Positions 1 to 13,433 of a stretch of 64,000 nucleotides of DNA are shown here, in pieces. Under the pieces are notes generated by a model, which saw only the letters and a program-made list of their open reading frames with translations, did not search any database and was not told where the DNA came from. The position numbers were made by a program, and so were the translations under genes. How positions within the stretch are numbered: the stretch's first letter is position 1; each line of letters starts with the position of its first letter. This DNA is from Eledone cirrhosa (lineage: Eukaryota): NCBI GenBank assembly GCA_964016885.1, contig OZ024743.1, positions 44,206,001-44,270,000 of the forward strand, written 5' to 3'.

Positions 1-263
1 TGCCTAAGGGGTCTAATGATTACTTATCGCAAATCCCAGGTAACCCGCGTATAGGAGAAATACAAAATATAGTACTAATGGGAACTGCCCATATACTAAG
101 GAAGATTCTGTCAATATAAGTACATCACAAGTCTAAACACTAAAGATGCATGTGTGAGTATGTATGTTCTTTCTTGAACATGGCGGACCTTGTTGTCTCT
201 TGAGGTCACTGGTTGTGACTTGGTGATAACTCGTATGAACATAAAGCAAGATAAATGCAACTG

Positions 264-961
264 TAATAATAATAATAATAATAATGCTTTCTTTATTAAC
301 CACAAGGGTTTACATAAAGTAGACATTAAGGACAGTACATGACAATACAGGACGGTACAAATGTGCATTTCTGCGTGTAAAAAAAACAAAAAACAGAGGA
401 TGTATTAAAAGAACAATGAAAGGTTCCCCAATAGGGGGGAGACTTCCGAGTGCCATCGTGGGGAAAGCCCATTAAAAAGAAGCCACGGTGACCCTGACCA
501 CCACGGCAATTGTCCTCTCCCAGTTTTCCACCTTTAATTTAGTGGCATATACACAGAGTAGGTCTATTCACTCGGGCCATTCTTGCCTCTCTCACCCATC
601 TTTCAACAAAAAGCTGGGAAGAGAGCACCTCCCTCTCTACCCTGATTTTCCATTTCAAATGAAATTGGAAAAAGTTAATCAGGGCATCACCGAAGAGGTA
701 TGTGCTCGTCTTCAGCCCTTTCAGACACGTCCACCATACTATCTCTTTCGCCAGGGCCACCAGACAGATAAAAACTGCCTACCATTCCCGGCTAAAGGAA
801 GAGGGCGGGGAAATCCACACGTGGACTCAGCTGATAGTCGGATCCGTTCTACACCCGATAGCAGGTGTTCGACATAAACCCACAAGTCAGCAATGCCCGG
901 ACACTGGACGAGTGCATGCACGACGGTTTCGTCGCCTTGCGGGCATCTCGGACATGCCCGG
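264..961 (-). mobile_element. Tx1/L1-clade LINE 3' fragment (ORF2 C-terminus, 3'UTR, (ATT)n tail)
   Basis: Frameshifted peptides HALVQCPGIADLWVYVEHLLS and ALAKEIVWWT match the end of ORF 16272-17438 (HALVHCSGIADLWGYVEQLLS...AMAKEVV); AATAAA precedes the (ATT)n tail on the minus strand. Confidence 0.75.
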
Positions 962-984
962 CTGACGGCACCCCCATGCCTGTA

Positions 985-1110
985 GAGTTTATCCGACCCT
1001 CTACCGATACTGACAATGCGGGATTTGAACTCAGATCGTAAAGGGACGTAACCATGCTGGAAAGCATGGCGTCCGACTCTCTACCGATACTGCCAATCTA
1101 CCGCCCTTAA
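985..1110 (-). mobile_element. tRNA-derived SINE head fragments
   Basis: GATTTGAACTCAGATCGTAAAGG and CCCTCTACCGATACTGCCAAT match the window's common SINE. Confidence 0.75.
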
Positions 1111-1122
1111 TAATAATAATAA

Positions 1123-1258
1123 AAAGGTACTATCTCAAAGAGTTTCCGAGGATGGTTAAAGAAGATTAGTTGTGTCCCGCTTTTTGGAACATTTCAAAAG
1201 GCATGCTTGCTGGGAACAGCAAGAACCCTCCGATACGTCCAGAATATCTGGGGCTGAA
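1123..1258 (+). mobile_element. R4/Dong-like LINE extreme 3' fragment
   Basis: Reverse complement of the sequence at 5545-5690; flanked by (TAA)n on both sides. Confidence 0.7.
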
Positions 1259-1289
1259 CAATAATAATAATAATAATCGGGATATTTAC

Positions 1290-1400
1290 TATAGGCACAA
1301 GGGCATCAATTTCTTTTGGTGGGGATCGATTAAATTCAGTCTAGTGCATTACTGGTGCTTTATTTTATCGACCCCATAAGGATGAAAGGCTTCGCCCCAA
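1290..1400 (-). mobile_element. SINE 3' part
   Basis: TTTATTTTATCGACCCCATAAGGATGAAAGGC body motif. Confidence 0.65.
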
Positions 1401-2029
1401 TAATAATAAAAATAATAATAATGAAATTGTTGCTGTTGTTGTTGATAACATGTCTTCCATCAGGAATAATCTTAATTCCTGTTTTAGTCAAAATAGCAGA
1501 CACATCAAGTGGTCTTAGGTATGATGACATTGTTTCCTTCCTTTCAGTTTATATCCATACCTCTCAATTTATCCTAGCCTTTCCAAGAAAACAATGTTTT
1601 TGTATCATTTCTACTGTAAGATTCAGTTCTAGATTGTTTTCATTGATTCATCAAAATTCAACGACTACTGCTATAATTTCCTTTTTTTTTATCTCCAACA
1701 CTTTTGAAATTTCATACTTCAACGTGTCGTAAATTGTTCATTGTTCCCCTTCCTTAATTTCTACGCAAGTATCAAGTGTCTAACAAATGACACGATTTAT
1801 TTGTCTTTTCGATTACAGTGATGTCAGGTCTATTATGATCTAGCCGTTTATTGGTTTGTAAAACATCTCCGGTACTTTCTCCGGTAAGCGCCTGTACTAT
1901 TTGTCTGCCTTGTCAAATTCCCACTTCTCACATTTTCCGGTGGATTACTTTGGTCACATTACCATATTCCTCCTTCTGGTATTCATTCTGACACTTATGA
2001 GTCAATGTGTGCCACTGTGTCAACTTGTA

Positions 2030-2172
2030 AAGGCGCATGGCTTGGTGGTTAGAGCATTGGGCTTGCAATCGAAAGGTTGTGAGTTCAATTCTCGGATCGG
2101 GTGATGTGTTGTTTCCTTGAGCAAGACACTTTATTTCACGTTGCTCCAGTTTACTCAGCTGTAGAAATGAGA
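2030..2172 (+). mobile_element. tRNA-derived CORE-like SINE
   Basis: A-box TGGCTTGGTGG and B-box GAGTTCAATTC, followed by CCTTGAGCAAGACACTT...CTCAGCTGTAGAAATGAG, which resembles the CORE domain. Confidence 0.65.
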
Positions 2173-2339
2173 TGATAGGACTGGGGTCCCTAACATTAAG
2201 TCATTCTAGACACGTTCAACGAGGTATACCTTGGAGGATGCGAGCTAAACCTACAGAGGTGTGAGCTGTCACACGGACACCCTGTCAACTGCTGCACCAC
2301 ACATTCGACACAGAAGAGATGGATCTTCATATAACTGCT

Positions 2340-3730
2340 TTTCTGATGTTATTCCTACACATTGCCTGATCTTATGTGGCAATTATTGTGCTCCCTATTT
2401 CCTTTTTCAGATACTCCTTCTTTAACCAGTCACACTTCATCTCTTGTATTTCTGAAATACTAACGTAGTTTCATTTCCATTTTTATTTCTTCTTTACTTT
2501 TAACACCAGTGTTAGTTCCAAACAAATCTACTCCGTTCACTGACCTCAGTAACTGTTCTCTGGGGAGGCAGAAATGTTGCTTTAACCCACTTCTATTCTA
2601 ACCCAATCCTCTATCCCAATCAAACCTCGGCCCCCATTTACTCTTTTCATATATAATCGGTCCGTATCTGCCTTGGGATGATGTGCTCCATACATCGCCA
2701 ACGACTTCCTCGTTAAGCGATTCAAAGTCTCCAACTCTGTCTTCATCCAATCTACCATGTCAGCCCCATCTCTAATGATAGATTCTGCTCTTTAGTTGAT
2801 AACAGAGAAAATCCCACCGTTGAATTTTCATCTTCCTATTGCCCTCAATCCTCGTACATACTTCATCACATCACGTTTTATCCCATCTGCCTAAAATATT
2901 CAAACATATTTATATCCTCTTTATTCTCCAATCCATTTGAAAATGTTACCATGTTGCATCACAATTATTTCTCTCTGAACGACACATCCTCTCTTCAAAG
3001 CGCATTTTGAGAATCCAAATTCCATCTTGATATTATCTGAAAATATACTAATGGCAGTTACCAAGCTGTCTATTTGATTTTCACTTTTCACAAACAATTT
3101 AAGATCGTCCATAAAGAGAGGGCTATTGAACCTCTCTCCTCCCTTCTTTAGTTTATAAAATATATTTGTCTTTCTCAACATCAGTGTTACAGGAATCATC
3201 GCTACCACAAACACCAATGGTGACAAACTGTTTCCTTGGAATATCCCACGTCTTATTTTAACATTCCCTAAAATGTCATTACTCCTGACTAGTGCAGTAT
3301 TCCAGTGATTCATACTATCCTAATGGACTGTCTCATATTTATAACCACTCTAAATATTCCCATTGATTTTTCCATCCAACTGTGAGGAAACATATCATAC
3401 GCCTTGCAATAATCTACCCATGCGAGAACAAGTGATGTTAATCTCTTATAAATTTTGCTATCATTTCTTCGATCAGTAATTGATCATTGGTGACCATTCT
3501 TCTTATTATGCATCATTTCTGTTCCCATGGCAACATGATCTTCTCCTTCAAATACCTGTACAATATATCAGCTAATACACCTATTGGTAATGTCCATAAC
3601 AGAGGTAGACAAGAGATCAGTCTAAAGCTAGACACCATACTCCCGTTTTCTAATTCCTTCACACAGTGTAATGTTCCCCCATCGGGTACATCTACTTCTC
3701 GTCCACATTCTATGGAAATGGGTGCTGATT
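2340..3730 (-). pseudogene. R4/Dong-clade LINE reverse transcriptase, degenerate
   Basis: IRRGIFQGNSLSPLVF and LFMDDLKLF RT motifs typical of the R4 clade; broken by stops and frameshifts. Confidence 0.8.
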
Positions 3731-3989
3731 AAGGGGATGTGTTCTTGTATAATATAAACAATAGAAAGAAAGAAGGTAGTGCGAGTGAGAGTGTGGGGGA
3801 AACGGACCAACACATAGTGTGAAAGATAGAAAGAATATAAGGATAGAATGAAATGAAATAAATTTGAATAACATTTTGCAGTCTGGTTGAAATAAACTTA
3901 CACTGTAGCTGTCGAGCGGTGATATGGGTTAAGTTTATTATTATTATTCTTGTTGTTGTTATCATTATTATTATTATTATTATTATTGT

Positions 3990-4845
3990 TCTTTGAGTCT
4001 CAGTCATTGATGTTAGTTAACTGAAAAGTTTGTTGAAATGAATATGAAGCCACTACCTGCAGCCTCAGATAATCAGGACGTATCGGAGGGCTCTTGCTGT
4101 TTCCAGCAAGCATGCCTTTTGAAGTATTCCAAAAAGCGGGGCGGGTCCAATTTTCTTTAACCATCCAAGGAATCTCTTTGAGATAGTACCTAGTGCGCCT
4201 ATGACAATCGGGACCACTTTGACCTCATGGCAGTTCCAAATCCTTTTTACCTCCCACTTTAAGTCCTGGTATCGGTTAATTTTCTCCCTCTCCTTCTCTT
4301 GCACTCTCGTGTCGAATGGGCAGACTACATCCACAATCAGGCACTATCTTTTTCCCTTGTCAGAAACCACCAGGTCAGGTCTATTGTGTTCCAGTTTCTT
4401 GTCCGTCTGTAACCTAAAATCCCACAGCACCTTCACCTGATCATTTTCCATCACCCTCTCTGGCTTATGCTCATACCACTTCTCAGAATGTGGTAAATTG
4501 TTTTACTTTGCATAGATGCTAGTGGATCACCGTGCCCATTACATGATGTCTCCAGGCTTTATAGTGAGTCTGGGCTAGGTGTTTACACTCGGATACTATG
4601 TGAGCCACAGTCTCCTCTCTCTTTCCACAGATCCTACACAGTGGGCTAGCCTCTTCCTTGTAAATATGGTGTTTCAGCCACTTCGTTTTGAGGGCCTGCT
4701 TTTGCGCAGCCATTACCATTCCTTCTGTAGCCTTTTTAAGGCCTCATCTTTTCAACCAGTTCCATGCCTGTGGATTTCTAAATTCATTTTTCTCAAAGAA
4801 GGCACTATGAAAGGATTTTTCATGAAGGTTACTCTTTCTCCTTGT
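3990..4845 (-). mobile_element. R4/Dong LINE 3' end, copy 1 (zinc knuckle + restriction-like endonuclease)
   Basis: CRICGKREETVAHIVSEC (CCHC), RH motif, PDLVV...DVVCPFD...EKINRYQDL RLE motifs; ends in (TAA)n. Confidence 0.85.
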
Positions 4846-4879
4846 TGTTATATTATTATTATTATATTATTATTATTAT

Positions 4880-5388
4880 TCTTTGAGTCTCAGTCATTGA
4901 TGTTAGTTAACTGGAAAGTTTGTTGAAATGAATATCAAGCCACTACCTGCAGCCTCAGATATTCAGGACGTATCGGAGGGTTCTTGCTGTTCCCAGCAAG
5001 CATGCCTTTTGAAGCGTTCCAAAAAGCGTGAAGGGGCCAATTTTCTTAAACCATCCCTGGAAACTTTTTGAGATAGTACCTAGTGCGCCTATGACAATCG
5101 GGACCACTTTGACTTCATGGCAGTTCCAAATCCTTTTTGCCTCCCACTTTAAGTCCCGGTATCGGTTAATTTTCTCCCTCCCCTTCTCTTGTACTCTCGT
5201 GTAGAATGGGCAGGCCACATCCACAATCAGGCACTATCTTTTTTCTTTGTCCACAACCACCAGGTCAGGTCTATTGTGTTCCAGTTTCTTGTCCGTCTGT
5301 ATCCTAAAATCCCACAGTACCTTCACCTTATCGTTTTCTATCACCGACTCTGGCTTATGCTCATACCACTTCTCAGCATGTGGTAAAC
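4880..5388 (-). mobile_element. R4/Dong LINE 3' end, copy 2
   Basis: Near-identical to copy 1 (DVACPFYTRVQEK...LQKACLLGTARTLRYVL), more 5'-truncated, flanked by (TAA)n. Confidence 0.85.
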
Positions 5389-5421
<33 letters not shown>

Positions 5422-5478
5422 TATTAGTATGATTATTATTATTATGATTATTATTATTATGATTATTATTGTTGTTAT

Positions 5479-5693
5479 TCCTTGAATCTCAGTCATTGAT
5501 GTTGGTTAACTGGAAAGTCCGTTGGAATGAATATCAAGCCACTACCTGCAGCCTCAGATATTCAGGACGTATCGGAGGGTTCTTGCTGTTCCAAGCAAGC
5601 ATGCCTTTTGAAGCGTTCCAAAAAAGCGTGAAGGGGCCGATTTTCTTTAACCATCCCTGGAAACTTTTGGAGATAGTCCCCAGTGCGCCTATG
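5479..5693 (-). mobile_element. R4/Dong LINE 3' end, copy 3
   Basis: IGALGTISKSFQGW and the same 3'UTR; flanked by (TAA)n/(TAG)n. Confidence 0.85.
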
Positions 5694-5731
5694 ATTATTA
5701 TTATGATTATTATTATTATTATTATTATTAA

Positions 5732-5808
<77 letters not shown>

Positions 5809-6326
5809 AAGAATATATCAAATGATTCAAAGTTTACAAACTAATGTAAAGTATGCAACAAAGTAAAAAATAACGCGGGAAAGGTCTCCAATATACTAAT
5901 CCTAAAATGCATATTGAAATACGAATCGAGCTAATGAACAAACTCTTGAGCAAAATATAATTATGTAAGGAGTTGTGTACAATCATTATACATTATAACA
6001 TATCTCACATATAACGTATGGTATAGGTTACAGTTAGGGTAATGGTATAATTAAATTTCAACTACAAAGGAATAGACATTCAGAAATCGACGTATTGTTC
6101 GACACACCGTGATTGTTCCAGTTGTGTGATCCACGGAAAAGCTGGATCACGAAATTATTGTACAACTGGCATAGTATAGACACATGTATATTTAACACAG
6201 CTAATAAGCTTGAAACTAGTACATCGTTCCTGTGTCAGCATTGAATAAAAAGATGACGTGGTTGCCTAAAGACTGTACGGCGTAATTCGGGCTGTTCGTT
6301 TGTTTACAAACAAACAAGGCAAGCAT

Positions 6327-6508
6327 TCTAATAAATGTTCGGTAAACCGATACGTGCATATATATATATGTGTGCATGTATGTATATATATATACATACT
6401 ACTGTACGTATGTATACATATATGTATGTCTGTATACATACATGCATACTTACATTTAAGTAGGTGCCGTACTAGGAGTGAGAAATTAAATTTCGTTTCA
6501 TTCTATTC
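6327..6508 (+). repeat. Dispersed pLTR-like repeat (homolog of 59718-59885)
   Basis: AATAAATGTTCGGTAAACC...GCCGTACTA..GAGAAAT shared with the right arm and tail of the 59.6-59.9 kb palindrome. Confidence 0.55.
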
Positions 6509-6600
6509 TATATATAAATATATATATATGATGAATTCTTCCAAATGAAACAGTTCTAGTCCTGCAGAAGCTATTTCTATAATATATATATATATATACG

Positions 6601-6642
<42 letters not shown>

Positions 6643-6644
<2 letters not shown>

Positions 6645-6824
6645 ACGAAGGAAATGTAGTAAGGAACCAGGTGGACCATAACACACCAAAGTACTCAATA
6701 CTTAGGGTAGGAGAGTGTGTAATAGGAACAAGTAGGACCCCGACGGCTGAGCTCAAGCCGTTTTGATGGCTAATTCTGGACTAAAAAGTCCAGCTTGAGC
6801 TCAGCCGTCGGCGTCTTACTGGTT

Positions 6825-6882
<58 letters not shown>

Positions 6883-7061
6883 AACGAGTAGGACCGCGAC
6901 GGCTGAGCTCAAGGTGGACTTTTTAGTCCAGAATTAGCCGTCAACACGGCTTGAGCTCAGCCGTCGGGGTCCTACTTGTTCCTATTACCGACTCTACTAA
7001 CCTAAGTATTGAGTACTTTGGTGCGTTATGGTCCATCTGGTTCCTTACCACATTTCCTTCG

Positions 7062-7063
<2 letters not shown>
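6643..7063. mobile_element. Nested palindrome of Naiad-type pLTR fragments (family A)
   Basis: 6643-6827 is the reverse complement of 6880-7063 around a central (TA)n; each arm is itself an inverted pair containing AGCCGTCGAAACGGCTTGAGCTCAGCCGTCGGGGT-like sequence. Confidence 0.75.
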
Positions 7064-7111
<48 letters not shown>

Positions 7112-7133
7112 GTGTATATATATATACACATAC

Positions 7134-7211
<78 letters not shown>

Positions 7212-7362
7212 ATACTTTGGGAGGGTCATGTTGCCAATAAGAAACACACGCACCAGTTGCTTTCACTTCAATTTAATTTATTATATATTTATAAATTTAC
7301 AAATTTATAAATTTCTGGTTGGTTGGTTGGTTCCACAACCAGATAGTTATTTATATATATAT

Positions 7363-7407
7363 AGTCATAGTTCTTTCGTCACACACTCTGTGACCTCTTC
7401 AGTGACT
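7363..7407 (-). ncRNA. Minimal type-I hammerhead ribozyme (inverted copy)
   Basis: Reverse complement of 7471-7515. Confidence 0.8.
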
Positions 7408-7470
7408 GGGGATTGAAAATGGCGTAGGATAGAAGAAAGGAAAGGCACAGAAACGAAGAAAGAAATCCCC

Positions 7471-7515
7471 AGTCACTGAAGAGGTCACAGAGTGTGTGAC
7501 GAAAGAACTATGACT
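7471..7515 (+). ncRNA. Minimal type-I hammerhead ribozyme
   Basis: Stem I AGTCA/TGACT; core CTGAAGA; stem II GTCACA/TGTGAC; GAAA-GAAC-TA. Confidence 0.85.
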
Positions 7516-7728
7516 ATATATATATAAACAACTATCTGGTTGTGGAACCAACCAACCAACCAGAAATTTATAAATTTGTAAATTTATAAATATATAATAA
7601 ATTAAATTGAAGTGAAAGCAACTGGTGCGTGTGTTTCTTATTGGCAACATGACCCTCCCAAAGTATAACAATATCGGTTTCAACACACGATTTCAGATAA
7701 AGAATCTTGCTAAACAAATTCAGAAACG

Positions 7729-7768
<40 letters not shown>

Positions 7769-7935
7769 CAAAATATTAACAAATGGAAGATATTCACATA
7801 ATCAAAATATATGCTTTATTACATATATTTCAAAGGTACTGTGTTGTTTTTTTCAGTACGTTTTCATCAGATAAAATATATGATTTGATATATGACATAC
7901 CGCTACGGTCTTGATTATACAATTCCAGTATTGGC

Positions 7936-7998
<63 letters not shown>

Positions 7999-8224
7999 AT
8001 GTGTGTGTATGTGTGTGTGTATGCATGTATGTATGAATGTATATATATATTCAGAAGAAAATGCGGTTTCATATTAAGGTTTTTATTGATTTTGCACATT
8101 TACGACCGTTTCGCAACCTGATCCCCGACCAATATTCTCATCCTATTTGTTAATTAATCAAAACCATAAAATTATGACATTAACATGGATTCTGAGCCAC
8201 CAATCTGTGGAACGGTCGTAATTA

Positions 8225-8400
8225 ATTGTTTCTACTTTTGGCACATGACCATCAATTAACCAGTACTTTACTGGTACGACCCCCATAAGGATGAAAGGCA
8301 AAGTTGACCTCGGCGTGATTTGAACTCAGATCATAAAGGGCCGTAACTCTTTGCTGCAAAGCACGGTGTCCAACCCTCTACCGATACTTCCAAACCACTG
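8225..8400 (-). mobile_element. tRNA-derived SINE
   Basis: Full family consensus in reverse (TTGTTTCTACTTTTGGCAC...TTTGAACTCAGATC...CTACCGATACT). Confidence 0.8.
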
Positions 8401-8590
8401 CTGTATTTAATATCAACCTTAATGTGATATCTCGTTTTGATCTTTATATATACACTCTGCCATAGGAAAGAGTGAATATATTTGGTACATTCCACAGTAA
8501 ATCACGAATCTACAGAAATACCCAATCTATCTATTTCCCTCTCTCTCTCTCTCACTCTCCCTCTCTTTCCCTCTCTCTCGCACACGCACC

Positions 8591-8653
<63 letters not shown>

Positions 8654-8659
<6 letters not shown>

Positions 8660-8921
8660 ATAAATGTATGCTATCGCCGTGTTTTGACTAAATAAATTAA
8701 AGAGATTATTTAGCCTGATAGTGGGGTTAAGAACCCTCGGAGAAATGGAAAAAGATGAGTATTGACGTACATGTACGTCAATACTCATTTTTTTCCATTT
8801 CTCCGAGGGTTCTTAACACCACTATCAGGCTAAATAATCTCTTTAATTTATTTAGTCAAAACACGGCGATAGCTTACATTTATAATAATTTCAAACCCAC
8901 TCGCTGTTTCGAAAATATTCT

Positions 8922-8925
<4 letters not shown>
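8654..8925. mobile_element. Near-perfect palindrome (~117-bp arms) plus tail, family C
   Basis: Centre GACGTAC-AT-GTACGTC at ~8771; right arm has an extra ~37-nt tail; in (TA)n; homologous to 28706-29325. Confidence 0.75.
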
Positions 8926-9011
<86 letters not shown>

Positions 9012-10689
9012 TGTGTGTGTGTGCGCGCCTGTATGCATACATGCATGTGATATATCATGCACATCTATACATATATATGTGTGTGGTGTGTGTGAGTATG
9101 TATGTCTGTGTGTGTGTGTATAAACACGGATTCTCGAGAACTTGGTAAGCAGAGAAGCTCTGTCACAATCGTGAAGTTTCAGCTTAAAATAAATTTCATG
9201 ATATTGCTCTACTTTATTATATTTAGTCCCTTTTCTTCTCTGAATTGTTTACAGCATTGTACCTCCCCTTCATCCACCCTCATCTTTCTCTCTCATGTCC
9301 ATATAGGTATATACATATCTACATTCAGAGGTCAGATATTGCTATCAATATACAGGTTTCTTTACATATGTATAATGTGAAATATGTACTTCTAATTTGT
9401 TTATCTCACCCAGTATCCGTAAGGAACACTGCTTGTAATATTTCAAAATACTTATATCGATCAATTGATCTTTCAGTCGACATCTAACAGATGTCTGATA
9501 CTAGTATACGGGAAATATTTTTTAATCAACAGAAAAAAAATGCCCTTTGGTGAAATACTTCAATTAAGAAAGTGAAGAGGGTGATCGTCAGATCAGACCA
9601 AGAAAACAGTGTTTCCATTGAACTTTCCATTGTTGGTATACTACGATTGCAACACTTGGCAGAAGCAGAAGTGTGAAATAAAGAATTTTATTCAACAACA
9701 CATCACGTCGCCCAGTTCAGGATTAGTACCAACGACATTTCAATCATGAGTCCAAAACCGAAATCACTGGGCTACACGCCTTCATAGGCCTGTCAAATTG
9801 TATTATATATATTTTTCTTCATTTTTTAAAACTATGTTTCCCAGACCTGTTTCATTAAGAAATATTTTATATTACATGTTGGTTTCCTATTTCATTCAAA
9901 CTTATATCAGTGATGTAAAACTTAGATTGAACTCAATATAACAATTTTTTTCAACCTGTCGCTTGTTTGTTTTGCTTTGCATTTCATTATTTCTTTACAA
10001 TGTTGTGGGTTTGGGGATGTATGAGAAGAAACAGGTAATTGACTGATTGAAAAACCTACCCATTGCCTTCTACGCTTCTCTCATTAAACACATGTATACT
10101 AGTTTTCAACAGTTCTAATGACTAATGCATACAACATTACTTCGAAATATAAGCATACATATATATATGCACGTATATCACTGCGTATATCTCATCTCTT
10201 CGTTCGAAGGAGTAGAGATTCAATTATTTTAGCCTCTCCCAGTAGCTCACCTTCATCGTGTAGCTTCGTTGGATTGCCTCAAACTCCGTGGTTAGTTTGA
10301 TACAATGGGGTGACCACAGTATGGAGAAGTACTCCAGGCGGCTTAGGACAAATGTCCTCTATAGTATCAACATGGTATCTCGGTCACTTGTCCAGAAAGT
10401 CCTCAAGCCAGCGACTCGTCTACACATTGTGGCCACCCTCAGGATGAATAACGAAAAAGATGCATCGTCGCTCATGTCTATCCCCAGGTCTCGTGTCGAT
10501 TTCCTCACAGGGATTTTGATCCCTCCTGGTCCGGTGAGGCTGTGTTTTATTGTCTTTGAGTTTGCAGGTTAGTATAGTAGAGCTTGAAATTTTCCAGCAT
10601 CAAACTGCATGTTTTTGTACTCAGCCCATTTGAACATAACTTTGATTCCTGTGAATTCTATATATATATATATATACATTCATTCATAC

Positions 10690-11147
10690 ACATATGGTGG
10701 CTGCCAACTCGTTTTCGAGTACGGCCACTACTTTATATCCATGTAGGAGAACCCCTACCGATGCGCTGAACGAGTGTGACTTTTTAGTCCAGCCAGCGAC
10801 TTGAAAACTCTGGTACAAACACTACACTTGTGACAATTATTGACACATAGTGCTGGGCCCATGGTACCATGTGATGACAAGTGCAGAGAGATCTCCAGAT
10901 ATAAAGCAATGCCTGTGCTGTGAAGCTTTTATAGTGAGCAAAGGCACTGCACAAAGCCAGTCCCACTCTCTTAACCAAGATGATATTTACCAAAAAGAAG
11001 AACAAGTCAACATCATTGGATACCATCAGGGTTGCAGGTGTTATATCAGAGTTTTCCTTCTCTTAGAATTCTGCCTTGACAAAGGCTAAGGGGTCATCTC
11101 TCCCAGTGATTTCGGATGGCCATTGACTCTTAAGAGCTCCTTTGCCC
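10690..11147 (-). mobile_element. Probable RTE-type LINE 5' fragment
   Basis: GAGCTCTTAAGAGTCAATGGCCATCC resembles GAACTCATGAGAGCAAACGGCCATCC at the 5' end of the RTE relic at 38.3 kb. Confidence 0.4.
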
Positions 11148-11217
11148 TTCTATATATATATATATATACATTCATTCATACACATATACATACCTACGTA
11201 CAGACACATACACTCAA

Positions 11218-11313
<96 letters not shown>

Positions 11314-11348
11314 ACACACACACGCACACACACACACACACACACAAC

Positions 11349-11395
<47 letters not shown>

Positions 11396-11398
11396 ATA

Positions 11399-11450
<52 letters not shown>

Positions 11451-12654
11451 GGGGAGAATGAGAGAGGGTGAAATATATATACATATATATATGTATGTAG
11501 ATATGTAGATACCTGCAACTATTTAGGAATAGATGCATGGCATGACATCTTTCTGATCCACTGAAACTGCTCTGAATAAGAGAAGATGGCTGAATTCTGC
11601 TTAAGATATCTATGGACCATCATGTGTTAAATCTGCTACCATTTGAAATGCGTTCCGAATATTTACAGGCAGAATGAAATCCGCTAGACAGAAATAGGAA
11701 CGCGTCGTGTGTATTAAAGAGTAGACGGGATTAAATCTGTCGCCTAAAAGAACGTAAACGCAAAATGTCAGAAGAAATATTACAAGGTATCGCTCAAGCT
11801 ATTTCACCAATCCATCAGTCTGTTCTTGTAATTTGTTTTTTAAACGATATGATACAATGTAAACATGGAGGGCCTTGTTGTTGGTATAATCAAATTATAC
11901 AATAAACTACCTTGATTTTCTTCGTTATCTGCAAGGTAAATATTAAACAATAACAAAGTGATTTAAATATATCAGCAACAACGTAGTCATCGTGCAAATC
12001 GGGCTAATATGTTACAGGAAATCACTACAGACAGGGATAAACTATTATATTATAGACATCACATCTTCCGGTCTGTCTTCTAATTATTTTTCTTACATTT
12101 TCAATGCCTCCGCGTCGTGTCGTACTTCTTTGTCTGCACGTTGGTCTGCAATCCATATTATTCTCTTCTGCGTTACCTTACTATTTCTCTCTATTCTATA
12201 GTCTTTGCCTAACGAATTGCGTTTTCTTCCCTCCCTTCCTCGTCAATTGACACAATTGTGATACTATTACATCTATATTTGTGTAATTCGCTTAGAAGAT
12301 AACATGCCCTGTCTTTGTCTCTGCATGTTTTGTTATATCCTAATCTGCCCTGAAATGAATGGTATCAACGTTACTTAACCGATTTCGTAGTCATTTCTAG
12401 TTGTTGACTCAGCCATATATGTGTGAGCTTGTGCGCGTGTGTGTGCATGTGTGAAGTTTTGTGTGTTTGTGTATGTGCTTGATTTTGTGTGCAGGCATGT
12501 ATATCTGTATACAGTCTTTCTTTGGCTAGCAGTTGTTCGTATGTAGTACATCATTAACCTATTTAATAATATATGAAACAAATGAAGATAACTGCAGATT
12601 TAGTCATGAATTTTGTCATGATTTGTGAAAACAAGCCATGATCACAATACAAAA

Positions 12655-12780
12655 TAATTGTTTCTACTTTAGGCACAAGGCCAGCAATTATCCAGTGCAT
12701 TACTGGTACTTTATTTTATCGACCCTGTAAAGATGAAAGGCAAAGTCAACCTCGGCGGGATTTGAACTCAGATCGTAAAT
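12655..12780 (-). mobile_element. SINE, 5'-truncated
   Basis: Matches the family consensus body and tail. Confidence 0.8.
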
Positions 12781-13344
12781 AATGTGCACAAAACAATAAA
12801 GGGAAAACTTTATGTGTTTTAACTGCTTGTTTTGGATTTATTTGGGAATTAATCATATTTTATTGTGCTTTAATCCTAATATGTCTTATTCCAAATTCTG
12901 GACATCAGCATTTAATACTCGCTTATATTAAGTTTGAAATATAATCGCTAACATAAATAACTTAGGTATTTTACTTCGCTACTAGTGTTTTCGCTAAATC
13001 AGAAAGGCAACTCATTTTCGAAATTGCTTAAACTGCAGCTTTCATTCACAATTGGCTATTACATAGTAGTGTGCACTATGCATTTGAAAACTTTAGGAGC
13101 ACATTTAGTCGCGAACCTCCAAAACCTTATCCAAAGTGTGTCAGTTGTAGGGGAGATGGTTTTACAACAACAAGTTGATAGTTTCGTTATCGAAAGGATG
13201 AAAGGTAAGCTTCAGTTCGGTTATATTTGGATTGGAGCTAAAGCACTCAAAGTTCAATAGGGGAATTTCCCTGGCCCTAGCTGACGATTAGTTTTTTTCT
13301 CTTTGGTTTTTGAGAATGTGCATTTCGGTTTCTCCTATACTTAC

Positions 13345-13433
13345 AGTAACCTCTCCTTGTTCTTACTTCTACAGCATTGATTGCTACAGGCATGGCATGC
13401 TCTTTGTATATTGATGGATGATGGAACATTAGT
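13345..13433 (-). CDS. Candidate internal exon of an unidentified host gene
   Basis: AAACAG acceptor, open frame LMFHHPSIYKEHAMPVAINAVEVRTRRGY, GTAAGT donor; no homology recognised. Confidence 0.25.

Larger units (their letters stand above)
7205..7730. mobile_element. Inverted pLTR pair of a Nematis-like PLE (family B) with 3' tail
   Basis: 7205-7412 is inverted against 7466-7673, with an extra ~55-nt tail at 7674-7730; in (TA)n; termini homologous to the 30811-31817 element. Confidence 0.8.
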
